A DNA stretch of 64,000 nt from Mobula hypostoma (Eukaryota), in assembly GCF_963921235.1 (NCBI RefSeq), contig NC_086097.1, positions 185,568,001 to 185,632,000 on the forward strand. The letters run 5' to 3'. Below the pieces are notes generated by a model that saw only the letters and a program-made list of their open reading frames with translations, was not told the origin of the DNA and searched no databases. Each line of letters begins with the position of its first letter. The stretch's first letter is position 1. Both the position numbers and the translations under genes were made by a program. Positions 37,352-50,560 of this stretch are shown in pieces.

Positions 37352-40300
37352 AATGAAGGAAGAGTTAGTAAGAGATTTGAAAGTGGGAGGGGGAGGGGGA
37401 GATCCAAAATGATAGGAGAAGACAGGAGGGGGAGGGATGGAGCCAAGAGCTGGACAGGTGATTGGCAAAGAGGATATGAGAGGATTATGGGACAGGAGGT
37501 CCGGGGAGAAAGACGGGGGGGGGGTACCCAGAGGATGGGCAAGGGGTATAGTCAGAGGGACAGAGGGAGAAAAAGGAAAGTGAGAGAAAGAATGTGTGTA
37601 TAAAAATAAATAACGGATGGGGTACGAGGGGGAGGTGGGGCATTAGTGGAAGTTAGAGAAGTCAATGTTCATGCCATCAGGTTGGAGGCTACCCAGACGG
37701 AATATAAGGTGTTGTTCCTCCAACCTGAGTGTGACTTCATCTTTACAGTCGAGGAGGCCGTGGATAGACATGTCTGAATGGGAATGGGATGTAGAATTAA
37801 ACTGTGTGGCCACTGGGAGATCCTGCTTTCTCTGGCGGACAGAGCGTAGGTGTTCAGCAAAGCGGTCTCCCAGTCTGCGTCGGGTCTCGCCAATACATAG
37901 AAGGCCACATCGAGAGCACCGGACGCAGTATATCACCCCAGCCGACTCACAGGTGAAGTGTCGCCTCACCTGGAAGGAGTGTCTGGGGCCCTGAATGGTG
38001 GTAAGGGAGGAAGTGTAAGGGCATGTGTAGCACTTGTTCCGCTTACAAGGATAAGTGCCAGGAGGGAGATCAGTGGGGGGGGGGGGGAATGGGAGGGACG
38101 AATGGACAAGGGAGTCGCGTAGGAAGTGATCCCTATGGAAAGTGGGGGGGGGGGAGGGAAAGATGCGCTTAGTGGTGGGATCCCGTTGGAGGTGGCGAAA
38201 GTTACGGAGAATAATATGTTGGACCCAGAGGCTGGTAGGTGAGGAAATAATATGTTGGACCCGGTCATTTACATTATAATAGCCATTTACATAGCATTTA
38301 CATTGTATTAGGTATTATAAGTAATCTAGAGATGCTTTAAAAATACAGGCAGTCCCCAGGTTATGAACAAGTTCCGTTCCTGAGTCCATCTTTAAGTCAG
38401 ATTTGAAGTCGGAACAGGTACATCCGGTATTATTTAGCGTCAGTTAGTCAAACATTTATTTTAGGTATATAGTATATACATTTTACCTTTCTATACATAC
38501 AAAACATTTAAGAAACCTATGTATTTCAATAATTAAACCACTGCATTGCTTAATAACAATTGTAGCTTTCATCGGGGCAAGCCTTTCACATGCTCCATTA
38601 AAATTGTTCTGATTGTTTACTGACTTAGCCTAACGCTTTTCCAATGACCGATGGTGTTTCACCTCTTTCCGATCACTTTATTACTTCCACTTTATTTTCA
38701 ATTGTGATCGTGATTATTTTCGTGAACAGAAACACTGCGGATTCAGAGCTGCACCGGGTCCTAAAGTTCACCGCACTAAGACAGGTTAAATAAGGTCCGG
38801 AGTTCCGCTGGGTCCTAAAGACCACTGCACTGGACAGGTTAAATAAGGGACTTGAGCATCCGCGTTTTCTGGTATCCGCGAGGAGTCCTGGAACCAATCC
38901 CCTGCCAATAAGGAGGGCCAACTGTATTTTCATTTGCAACTAATTAAACAGCAATGAATTGCTGACAGCTGTATATGTAGAACAAAACTTCATTTGTTCC
39001 TTTTCCGATTAAGACTGACCTTAGTTTTGGTAAATTGCTGGTGATGGTGTTAGAAATAAATGCAAAACATTTATTTAATATACTTCATTCAGCTTCTATG
39101 TATTAGACTCACTCTACATGATCCAAACTCTCCCCATAACCATCCATTATATATGGATCTCCTTCACATTTTACAAGAGAAATTCAAAGATCAAATAGTT
39201 TAGCACAGCACAATTCATTTAATCTAGAACACATCTTGATGTTCATTAGTCTAGAACTTACATCCTTTTGGTAAGATGGCAGTGCGTATACACGTAGCAG
39301 CCTTTCAGGGACCAACCGAACGTGCTTTTTTCTTCGTTAAATGTGTTTTTATATATAGTAAGACTATTCTCGGCTGCAATAATTACATGTACAGCAGGTC
39401 TACCACACAGTGAGCTGCTCATTGTTCAGACTAGCCAGCCAGAGGTTCAGAGAAGGCGAGTCGGGCAGTCGACAGATTGCACCCATCAGGACACAGGAAG
39501 AGTTGGATTGGGTTTGGAAGAGCTGACCTGGGTGCAGACCATGCTGCTACTCGGAGGCACCGGAGTTGATGCCTTTGAGTAGGTGCGAAGGCGGCATGTA
39601 GTGAAACCGCGAGTGACTGTCTTGGATGTTTCTTCTGTGATCGCAAGACCCTTTTGGACATTGATCACCGCAGATCTGCTTCCCTTGTTTGGTGGTGAGT
39701 TGTAGTGAGGACCAGGCCTCAAGCCGGGGGCTTGCGTTGTCGCGTGGTGCCTGGGCTCAGTTGCCAGTGGCATCTCCCGTCGGTGCTGCCCTCCAGAGTG
39801 TTGTATCGATGCAATTACAGTCTAGTTGCCCGGAACCATCCATTTGTGGGACTTGGACTAAAGATGTGTTTTCTTATGCGATAATGTTCTTTGCTTTTCC
39901 CCTTCTTGCTATTTCGAATGTGCGTGTATGTTTTTGCCCACTGGCCGCAGAGGAACACTGTCTCATTTGGCTGTATCCAAGCATGGCTTGAATGACAATT
40001 AAACTTAATTTGGTATTTAATTTTACCATTTTAACCTGTATATTCTCAACTTACTTCCATGCTTCTTTGTATTGCTACGAAAAGTTACAAGTGAATAAAT
40101 ATTCCTCAAAATCTTCACAGAGCAACACACATCCTTCACAAATAAAAAATATGAAATGTGCTTCTGAGCTTAATTGTAAATCAGACTGAAGTTCTAAATA
40201 AGCTGAAAAGGTATTAAAGCAAATGAAACTCAGGTAGAGGTGTTATTTATTCTAAACTGCCGAAATGTTGAAACTAAATTTAAATGATGCACTATTATGA

Positions 40301-41432
40301 AGAAATGATTGAGAAATTCTTGATTTCAAGCTCCTCACCATCATTCTGAGGAAAGGTGCAAAACCAGTTTTTTTTCAAATATATGTAAAAAAAAACATTT
40401 TAAGTATGTACACAGAAAATTAAAAATGGAAAAAAATTACAAGGTAGCACACAATATGTAAATATATATCTTGATCAGTATTATCAATCATAATTGCCAT
40501 TTTGATAATGATTTCCATTCACATGTGGCTGTGAATATTGTGCATTAGAGATATTAGATATGTGCTTTATTTATTGTTTCTGGTCCAAGCCAAATAAGCT
40601 TTCATCCATGTATGGCCTACCTTTAAAAGCCTTTAATCATGAAAACAGAAACCCCATACTTAGGAATCAAGAAGGCTCTGTGGAGAAAGAGAAACAAAGT
40701 TGTTTCAGGTAAGCAATGGAAAAAGTTGGAGATGTGACTAGTTTTAAACAAATATAGAGGCATGGAAATATTGTAATAGTGGGTGAAGCACAAGAGAATA
40801 AATTACATTCTCTCCTTCCCAATCCTCCTTTTCCTGCCTCAGTGCTTACAGAAAAAAACATGTTACATCTCAAACTTTCCCAGTACTGACAATCTGGAGT
40901 AATTACTTTGTCTCTTTCTCTACAATGTTTACCTGGACAAATATTTACAGCATTTTTATTATGTCTATCCACACAGTATTAAAGTTCACCTTAGCCTTTA
41001 CTGAAAAGCTTCTTCACTCTTACGTCAGCCACAAGCAGAAAGATTACACAACTGACTAAGCTAAAATAATCCTGAAGCAACAAAAGGCAGTATCTTTTAG
41101 AAGGATAACAAAGTTTCAAAACAGAGAGTGTGTTTCTATTATAAACACTAGAGATATGCAGCATTGTAAGGGTTTAAAAGAAAATAAAAGTACAGAATGC
41201 CTAAGTTTAAAAAGCAGGGCAGTCACTAAGGGATTTCTAAACATCGGTGGTGAAGGTCATATAGAAATTTGTGAGATAAAGATTCTGATCCAATGTAATA
41301 AACTAGGTAAGTTGATAGATGTGCATGAAATGATGTCCAAGATTTGGCGACAGGAAGTTGCTCAGACAGAGCAAACATTAGAAATCTGTGGATTATGTAA
41401 AACAGAGCTAATAAAGGTACTCTTTTAGAAGT

Positions 41433-41907
41433 TTATGGACTTTTGTCCCGAGTCTTATAGGCTCATCAGGCCAGTGCTTATGCCAGTTTCCGTGGCGTGA
41501 AGCGACTGAGAGTACAAAACTCACCCCCACCCCCCCGGATAGGACGCCAATCTATCGCGAGGTTAACCCCGAGCATTTTTGCCGATACCCATTTTCAGCT
41601 GGGTGGACTGGAGCAGTGTGTGGTTAAGTGCTTTGCTCAAGGACACAACACGCTGCCTCAGCTGGGACTCGAACTCATGACCTTCAGATTGCTAGTCCAA
41701 CGTCTTAACCACTTGGACGCTTAACCACACAATGCTCCAGTCTACCCAGCTGAGAATGGGTACTGGCAAAAATGCTGGGGGTTAACCTCACAATAGACTG
41801 GGGCCTTATCGGGGGGGGGGAATCTCATACTCTCAGTTGCTTCATGCCATGGAAACTGGCATAAGCACCGGCCTGATGGGCCACAAGGTTTGTGACAGAC
41901 TTTAATA
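41433..41907. mobile_element. tRNA-SINE (minus, ~41433-41720) fused to an inverted partial copy (plus, ~41719-41907)
   Basis: Minus-strand B box GAGTTCGAGTCC near 41665-41676; complementary arms; flanking ttttagaagt 41423-41432 / 41908-41917. Confidence 0.8.
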
Positions 41908-43594
41908 TTTTAGAAGTAAAATAGACAGATTAAAAAAAGTGTGGATAAGTATTTGACCAATGACAGAAATAAAGCAACAAAGTTCATTAGATTAAAAGTA
42001 AAACAACAAAAATAGTGATGGAAAGCATACGGAGTTGTCCAATATGACTGAGTCAACAGCTGAGAGGTGGAATATATTTTGGCAGCTGCCGAATAGTACT
42101 CAAGGTTGAAGTAATCCTATATTTCGGAATGCTCTGCTCAATCTATATTTTGATCTTTAACAATCCGGCAGTCAGGAAGTCAATGACAGCACCAGCAATT
42201 TCACCTTTCAGGAAAGGAAACAAAACAGTGATCTGCGGACCAGATACCAACAATAATTGGTAGAACGATGCTGGAATGAATTATTAAGGATGTATTAAAC
42301 AGGACCTTCCTCCCAGCCTGCAGTTCCCATGTCTCACACTAAACCTGCTTGAATGAGTTTCTCAAATAATAACTTCCTCAGCAAAGCCTTTCCAAATGAT
42401 TAACAAGGCCCTGAGTCACACAAGGAATATGAAACATAACATGGAATAATACAGGCTGTAACTCCCAACAAGTTTCAGGGCGTGATCAATCGTTACCCAG
42501 AGAGCTATGTTCACAGCTGGTTAATTCAGGCTTAACCAGCTGTCAAAGCTTAAAGTTTTGTAAACACTTCTGACATTCAAATTTTAAAAGTAAAGAAAAA
42601 GCAACCAAGATTTTCCAAAGGCATTTGATCATATAAAATGTTAGTATAGAACTGGATCTCCCATAGTTGGCATTAATGTATTATTGTAACCGTATTAGGT
42701 CATTACAAGGACTAAACAGTTGGAACATTTTCCCCCAGAATGACAGATGACTAATGGGATATAACGGGTTCAGAACTTGGCCATCAGTTATCTGATGGTT
42801 TAGGTGGAAGGATGGAATGTTAAGTCAGTCTGCTAATTCACCAACTACACAACATACAGTGAGAAACCATAACGAGATGAGAATAGCTTGAGACATTAAG
42901 TAGAAAAAAAACATGAAAAATTCAAATTCAAGGAAAGAATAGAAATAGTGAGAAATGCTGAACTAGTGGTGTTCAGTGGGATCTTACTGTGTCAATTCAT
43001 TAAATGCATAGTTAACATTAAGGGAACAGAAAGCAGAGGGTAAGATGACCTAGCGAAAATTACAGGGCTTTGGTGGGCCCACAGTTGCTCAAAGGAAAAT
43101 ACATGTGTGTAGTTTAGGTTCACTGGTGACACCTGGGAAGAATATTTATCCTGGAAAAAAAAAGTTTGCGCTGGAGAAATATCACAAAGAAATGGCCTAT
43201 ACTGGAATACAAGAATGAGGAGCAACTTCATTGAAAGATTGGATTGCTTTACTTCCTGTGTCCTTACGACACAGAAGCCAATTAGCCCACCACACCTATG
43301 CCATTTCTCAAAGCAATCCCATCAATCCCACCCCAAAATATACACTCTATTTCCACATACATACCATTAACATCCCAAAACCTACAATCCTAGGAAAAAT
43401 TTACTTAGTACTTAACCTTTCTTAAAGATAGGATCTACTCACGTCTAGGAAAGAATGAACTTATTAGCAATGTTCAGAAATAACTTCATGCGTGGGAGAT
43501 TGTGTTTTATAAATCTGATTGAGTTGGATGAAATTTGGACAAAAGTGAAGGAGGACTAATGATTAGTAAGTCTGCACACAATACAAAATTTGCA

Positions 43595-46580
43595 GACACA
43601 AGAAAGATGGCAGATGATGGAAATTTGAGCAACACATAAAATGCTGGAGGAACAGGGCAGCATCTATTCTGGACTAAGGTGCTTCATCAGGCCTGGAAAA
43701 AGGGACAAAGGTCAGAATAAGGTGGCGGGGGAGTACAAGACAGCAGATGATAGAGGAGACAAGATGAGGAGGAAGGTCGTGGGTGGAGGAGGGAAGACAA
43801 TGTGAGAAACTGCGAGGTGATAACTGGAAAAGGTAAAGGGTTGAAAGAGGAATATAATAGGAAAGGACAGTGGACTGTGGAACGAGAGAAGGAGGAGGGA
43901 AACCAGAGAGAGGTGATCAGCAGGTCCTGAGGGCAGGGGAGAAAAGGGGAAGGGGTGAGTGAGTAACCAGAATTGGGAATGGAAGGGGGAGGGGATAAAA
44001 GGGTAGGGGGAGTAATTAGTAGTGAGAGAAATCAATGTTCATGCCACATTCCAGATGGACTATGAGGTGTTGCTCCTCCAACCCAAGTTGGGCCTCATTG
44101 TGGCAGTTGAGACAGTGAACATGTCAGTATGGGAATGGGAAGTCATATTGAAATGGGTGGCTGTGATGAGATCATGTCTTTAGCAGAGGACAAAGCAATG
44201 GTGCTTGGTACATCAATCCTCCAATCTGCACTGGGTCTCATCGATATAGAGAAGGCTGCAATGAGAGCACTGGATTCAATAGGTAACCCCAACATACTCG
44301 TAGGTAAAGCATTGCCTTATCTAGAAGGATAATTTGGGGCCCTAAATGATGGTGAGGGAGGTGGTGCAAGAGCAGTGATAAGTGCCAGGAAAGAAATCAG
44401 AAGGAAGGATGAGTGGACAAAAGAATCACAAAGAGAACGATCCCTATGGAAAGTGGAGAAATATGGGAGGGGAAGAGAAAGGAAGGTTCTGCCTAGTGAC
44501 AGGATCCTATTGAAGATGGCAGAAGTTGCAAAGAATGATGTGCTGGATGTGGAGGCTTGTGGGGTGGTAGATAAGGACAAGAGGAACCCTAGCCTTGTTA
44601 TAATGGCAGGAGGATGGGGTGAGGCAGATGTCCAGGAAATGGAGGAGAGGCAGGTAAGGGTATCATCGATGGTGAAGGAAGGGCAACACCGTTTTTAAAA
44701 CAGAGGCCATAAAGATGTTCTAGAATGGAATTCCACATCCTGAGAACAGATGCAGTCAAGACGGAGGAACTGAGAAAAGGGAATAGCATTTTTGCAAGTG
44801 CCAGGGTGGGATGAGGTAAGGTCAGGATAACTGAGAATCAGTGGGTTTCTAGAAGATGTCAGTATCTTGGGTAATGATGAGTTTGAGTACAGAGAGGAAA
44901 TTAAGAACCTGGTGGCATGGTGCGAAGACAATAACCTATCCCTCAACGTCAGCAAGACGAAGGAATTGGTTGTTGACTTCAGAAGGAGTAGCGCACCGCA
45001 TGACCCAATTTACATTGGTGGTGCGCAAGTGGAACAGGTCAAAAGCTTTAAGTTCCTTGGGGTCAATATCACAAATGACCTGACTTGATCCAACCAAGCA
45101 GAGTCCACTGCCAAGAAGGCTCACCAGCGCCTTTACTTCCTGAGAAAACTAAAGAAATTTGGCCTGTCCCCTAAAACCTTCACAAATTTTTATAGATGCA
45201 CCATAGAAAGCATTCTTCTAGGGTGCATCATAACCTGGTATGGAAGTTGTCCTGTCCAAGACCGGAAGAGCAGTGACCGGAAGCTGCAGAAGATCGTGAA
45301 CACGGCGAAGCACATCACACAAACCAATCTCCCATCCGTGGACTCACTTTACACCGCACGCTGTCGGAGAAGTGCTGCCAAGATAATCAAGGACACGACC
45401 CAGCTAGTCAACATACTTTTCGTCCCTCTTCCCTCCGGGAGAAGGTTCAGGAGCTTGAAGACTCGTACGGCCAGATTTGGGAACAGCTTCTTTCCCACTG
45501 TGATAAGACTGCTGAACGGATCCTGACCCGGTTCTGGGCCGTACCCTCCAAATATCCGGACCTGCCTCTCGATTTTTTTGCACCACCTTACTTTCCATTT
45601 TTCTATTTTCTATTTATGATTTATAATTTAAATGTTTAATATTTACTATTGATTTGTAATCCATGGAGCAGGAAGAGCAGAATCAAATATCGCTGTAATG
45701 ATTGTACGTTCTAGTATCAATTGTTTGGTGACCATGAAGTATAAAGTAGATAGTCTGTCTCTGGAAATGGAGACAGAGCAATTGAGAAAGAGGTTAGAAG
45801 TGTCGGAAATGAACCAAGCACATCTGAGGGCAGGATGCAAGTTGGAGACAAAGTTGATAAAGTCGACAAGCTCAGCATAGGTGCAGAAAGCGGCACTGAT
45901 GCATTTGTTAGTGTTGTGGAGAAACAGTTGGGAAAATTATCAGTGTAGTCTTGGAACATGGACTATTCCACGAAGCCAACAAAAAGGTAGGCATAGCTGG
46001 GGTCCATGCAAGTGCCTGTGGCTACAATTTTGGTTTGGAGAAATTGGGAGGAGTCTTCCTAATGAGATGGAAGCGTATAGGGACTGCACATTCATAATGA
46101 AAATAAGTTGATCAGGCCAGTGAACTGAAAGTGAGTGAAGTAATAGAGAGCATTTGAAACATCACAGACACAGGTAGGAAGCAACTGCACTAAGGGAGAC
46201 AAAATGGAGTCAAGGTATGCAGATGTGATTTCAGCAGAGCAGGAGCAGGTGGAATCAATGGGACTACTAGGACAGTTAGTTTGTGGATCGTAGTAGGGAA
46301 CAGAAGCAAGCAGTGCAGGGTATGGGACCAGTGAGATTGGTGACAGTATATGGAAGATCTCCAGAGTCCATGAGGTTGATGATGGTGCAGGAAGCAATAG
46401 CCTGATGCTTTTTAGTGGAGTCCTATTTAAGAAGCAAAAGCAGGCGTCTGAGAGCTGCCATCTGGCCTCAGCAGGGTAGAGATCAGTCTGCCAGACTATG
46501 ACAGCACCAGCCTTGTCTGTGGCTATGGAGGATTTATTTCTCTCCATAGATCGTGCCTGACCTGCTGAGTTCCTCCAGCA

Positions 46581-46585
<5 letters not shown>
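43595..46585 (-). mobile_element. Old degenerate Penelope-like element, with a short inverted terminal piece at ~46525-46585
   Basis: CKNAIPFSQFLRL, DKAGAVIVWQTDLY and pseudo-LTR remnants (aatgctggaggaac; cttcatcagg). Confidence 0.75.
44865..45750 (+). mobile_element. 5'-truncated Rex1/Babar LINE inserted in the old Penelope element
   Basis: YREEIKNLVAWCEDNNLSLNVSKTKELVVDFR, LPSGRRFRSLKTRTARFGNSFFP. Confidence 0.85.

Positions 46586-46622
<37 letters not shown>
46585..46622. repeat. (TG)n microsatellite
   Basis: Seen directly. Confidence 0.95.
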
Positions 46623-46624
<2 letters not shown>

Positions 46625-46629
46625 GCAAA

Positions 46630-47440
46630 AACACCACAAGAGACATGTATATTGAGGAAGGTTATCAAAGTATACACCAAAATGTAAAACTGCTGAAAAT
46701 ATGGGCAAAGAAATGGCAGATAGTGTTTTTCCAGACAAGCGTGAGGACTTGCATTTTGGGAGATCACATTAATGAGGAAAGTATACAGGATATGGTAGGA
46801 CTCTGAGGTGCATTAGTATATGAAGGGCTTTTCGGTTACAAGTCTATAGCTCCCTGAAAGTGGTGATACAGGTAGATAGGGCGGTGAAGATGGTAAATGG
46901 CATACTTGCCTTTATCCATCAGGGCACTGAGTATAAAAGTCAGGAAGTCTTGTTGCAACTGTATAAAACTTTGGTTAAGCCACATTTAGAGTACTGCATA
47001 CAGTTCTGGCTGCCACTTTACGAAAAGGATGTAGATACTTTTGAAAGAGTACAGAAGAGATTCACCTGGATGTTGCTGGGATTGTAGAGCATTAGCTATC
47101 GAAGAGGTTGGACAAATTTGGATTGCCCTCTCTCGATTGCTGGACACGGGGGGGTGGGTGGCTGGAAGAAGAGAGAGGAGATGACCAGACAGAACCATAT
47201 AAAATTATACCAGGCATAGATTGGATAGATAGTCAAGAGTCTTTTTCTCAGAGAGGAAATGTCAAAACCTTGAGAATAAAGTGGGGGGGGGGGAGGCAGG
47301 AATATTTAAAGGAGATTTGCAAGGCAAGTTCATCCTCCCACACCACACATACAGATAGATGGGCTGGAATGTGCCACCCTGGGAAGTAGTGGAAACATAA
47401 GATGGCACCATTAAGAGACATTTAGGCAGGGACATGAACA
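46630..47440 (+). mobile_element. Degenerate CR1 3' fragment
   Basis: LQLYKTLVKPHLEYCIQFW, ERVQKRFT. Confidence 0.75.
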
Positions 47441-48188
47441 GGGATTAATTTGGCGCCATGGTTAGCAGAGACATTATGGGCCATAAGGCCTGTTCCTGTG
47501 CTGCACTGCTCAATGTTCCAACCTAGCAACCAGCATATTACTGAGACACGGGAACAAACTGGACATCCTGAGGAAACCCGCACAACCATAGAGCAAATAT
47601 GCAAACCCCACACACGCAACAAAATTCAAAAATAAACTGGGATAATAAAACAACGAAATAGCTGCACTACCTGCAATGGAACTTTTGTAGGACTATATTC
47701 CCTAGAGAGAATAGTATCCAGTTAAGAGGCAGCCTACTCCAAGACTGAAGAGAGAATAAATTTCTTTACAAAAGACTTAACATATCTAGAGACTGATTAC
47801 CTCCAAAAATTATCAGGAGATTATGAAGATTTAACATGAAAATGAATGTGAGACAGAGAAGTACCATTGTTCTGCAGAATGGCAGAACAGGCCAGTGTAA
47901 GTGAGTGTCATTAGCATTAATGTCAGATACTGATCACGCCACTCTAAGTTACTCTGATTGACTTTAGATGAAGTAAAGGTAAACAGTGAAATTTCATGAC
48001 TTTCTCAACCGGTCACGTGAGAACAGAGCAAACAGTACACCACCATCCATTAGCAAAAACGTTAGTGCAGCACAAACTCATTTCAGACATGAGGCTTCTT
48101 CCATATAAAAGCACAAACTATAACTCTAAGTTTAATTCTTAACAGAATTGGTAATTGTATGCCTCTGAAGCATCATTTAAATACTTAC

Positions 48189-48501
48189 CAGGTGTATACA
48201 TATCGCCTGTATTAGAGTTGGTCAGAAAAGGTAGGAAATCATCCACATGACTTCTCATGTATTCAGCTGCCAGTGACCTTAGCTCCACAAGTGTTAGTAG
48301 ACTATTCTGGTTGCTGAGTTGGTCTTCAATAGCTTTGTACATGCAGTGACCATCAGATGGGATCTGCTTAATCTGCAATTTCCTTGAAGCAAGAATTTCA
48401 GCAAGTTTCTGATTTTCAAGATACCGGGCTCCTTTCAAGTTCTCAACTTCAGCTTCAGCTATTCTCTCTTCTCTTTCTTTCTCCTGAGCAGCTTTCTTCT
48501 C
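48189..48501 (-). CDS. OTUD6B: OTUD6B exon 4 (313 bp), start of OTU domain
   Basis: EKKAAQEKEREERIAEAEVENLKGARYLENQKL...IPSDGHCMYKAIEDQL...DFLPFLTNSNTGDMYTP; catalytic Cys in DGHC; AAG acceptor, GTAAGT donor. Confidence 0.97.
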
Positions 48502-49423
48502 CTTGTAGCGGCATTGAAAATATATTTTTATAGTTGAAAGTTAAGTTCATAACACAATATGCAATCAAAATCACTTTAGAAGATACTATTTATGTAAAGT
48601 ATGTATTCTACTGAAGTATTCAACATTAAAGTATCTATTGTAAAGTGAACTGAATAGATTAGTGCCCATTTATAATACACAATTGTAGATAACTGCAATT
48701 ATATCAATTTTATATCAAACTAACCACAGGAAATCAATCTAATTAGAAAAATCAGACTGCACACTTTTGTATGCTATTTACTATACCTCGGTGTGCTTCA
48801 CATTTTTTCAGGACTCAGATAGTTTCCCAAGGAGACTTACACATTCATTGATAGAAATTTAAGAATTAATAACCATCACTGAAGAATCATCGATAAACAA
48901 TCAGCACATTGCACCCAAATCCCCCATAAGACACAAATTAAAGGATCCCCATTCTGATGCTAATGCACTGATCTACCAGATCTGTACTCCACTTGTCAAA
49001 ATATTTTCCTCACCCAGTTTTCCTTTCTCTTTCATTGCTTGCAGCCTTTTAATTTTATGCACCTCAAAGCATCAAGCCATGATTTCTGCTCAATAATCAT
49101 TTCCACTTCACTATGGGCAAATCACCTCAAGCATTCCCTTCCCTCCATGTCAGCCTTTTTATACGGTTTGTTTGTGGTTGCCATGAGCATGGGTCTTTTA
49201 GGGTCTGTCAATCTTCCCTGTGCCCAGCTCAGCAAAGACTTAGCCATGAAATGGACCATTGCGGATTCCGTTGGGAATAACAGGTCTCATTGGAAGTGCA
49301 TCTTTCAGGATGTATTATTCAAATTTCTTTTCAATTAATAAACAAGGCAAATAATTTAAAGCATTAAAAAAGGTGAAACACAATTTTTAATTGTATATCT
49401 ACATTTAAAAATAAACTACACAC

Positions 49424-49522
49424 CCTTCTCTTCTGTGCTTTGGACAGCCGAAGTTGTTTAACTTCTTTCTCGTTATTTATTTCCAATTCCAAATTTGCAA
49501 TCCCATTGGTGGAAGAGTCAAC
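49424..49522 (-). CDS. OTUD6B: OTUD6B exon 3 (99 bp)
   Basis: VDSSTNGIANLELEINNEKEVKQLRLSKAQKRR; CAG / GTGTGT. Confidence 0.92.
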
Positions 49523-49539
49523 CTGAAGGGAAATAAAAT

Positions 49540-50560
49540 AGAATCAGAATTAGGTTTAATATCATTGGCATATGTCATGAAATTTGTTGCTATGCAGCAA
49601 CAGTGTGTAATGAGAACACCATTATTGTAAATTATACTAAATATATATTTTTAAAAATTAAATAAGTAGTGCAAAAAGAGAAAAAAATAGGGAGGTAGTG
49701 TTCATGGATTCAAACTCCATTCAGAAATCTGATGGCAGAGGAAAAGAACTATTCCTGAATCACTGAGTGTGTGCCTTCAGGCTCCTGTACCTCCTCCCTG
49801 ATGGTAGCAATGAGAAAAGGGCGTGTCCTGTGTGAAGGGTGTCCTTAATGACGGATACCACCCTTTTGAGACATTCGTCCTGGCAAATGTCCTAGATGCT
49901 GGGGAGGCCAGTGCCCACGATGGAGCTGATTGAGTTTACAACTTTCTGCAGCTTATTTCAATCCTGTGCAGTGCCACCCCGCCCCCCACCAGATCAAACA
50001 GTGATGCAGCCAGTTAGAATGCTCTCCACAGTAAATCTGTAGAAATTTATGAAGGCCTTTGGTGACATACCAAATCTCCTCAAACTCCTAATGAAATATA
50101 ACTGTTGTTATGCCTTCTTTGCAACTACATCGATATGGTGGGTACAGGATAGATCCTCAAAGATGCTGACACCCAGGAACTACCCTTTCCACTGCCAAAT
50201 TGCAGTGGGTCCAGGTCCTTGCTTAGGCAGGAGTTCAGCCATAACCAACCTCGCAAAGTACTTCATCACCATAGATGTAAGTGCTACTGGATGATAGTCG
50301 TTAAGGCAGCTCACCCTGCTCTTCACGGACACTGGTACACTTCCACTTGCGCAGTAGGTGGGAATTTCTAACTGTAGCAATGAGAGATTGAAATGTCTTT
50401 GAATGCACCCACCATTTGGTTGGCACAGGTTTTCAGAGCCCTACCAAGTACATCATTGGGGCTTGTCACCTTGCGAGGGTTCACCCTCTGAAAGATGTTC
50501 TGACGTCAGCCTCTGAGACAAGATCACAAGGTCACCAGATGCTGCAGGGATCCTCATGTA
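49540..50560 (-). mobile_element. Degenerate Rex1/Babar LINE fragment
   Basis: CLNDYHPVALTSMVMKYFARLV; tail near 49540. Confidence 0.7.

Larger units (their letters stand above)
33515..38262 (-). mobile_element. Penelope-like element: one full unit (33515-37216) plus a tandem upstream partial copy / pseudo-LTR (37217-38262)
   Basis: TSD tataatagcca 33504-33514 / 38275-38285; direct repeat of the GIY-YIG end and 3' UTR. Confidence 0.92.
33362..38924 (+). mobile_element. Tigger/pogo-family non-autonomous DNA element (MER2-like), split by a Penelope element
   Basis: TA TSD 33360-61 / 38925-26; TIRs cagtcagccctc-ttatccacagg vs cagttggccctccttattggcagg (reverse complement); ~60-bp subterminal repeat at 38750-38850. 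Confidence 0.85.

Noticed and set aside
41455..41495. GAAAC...CTGATGA on the minus strand of the SINE tail as a hammerhead
   Set aside because: No stem III/NUH or stem I pairing can be drawn, and the second arm reads CTGATGG.
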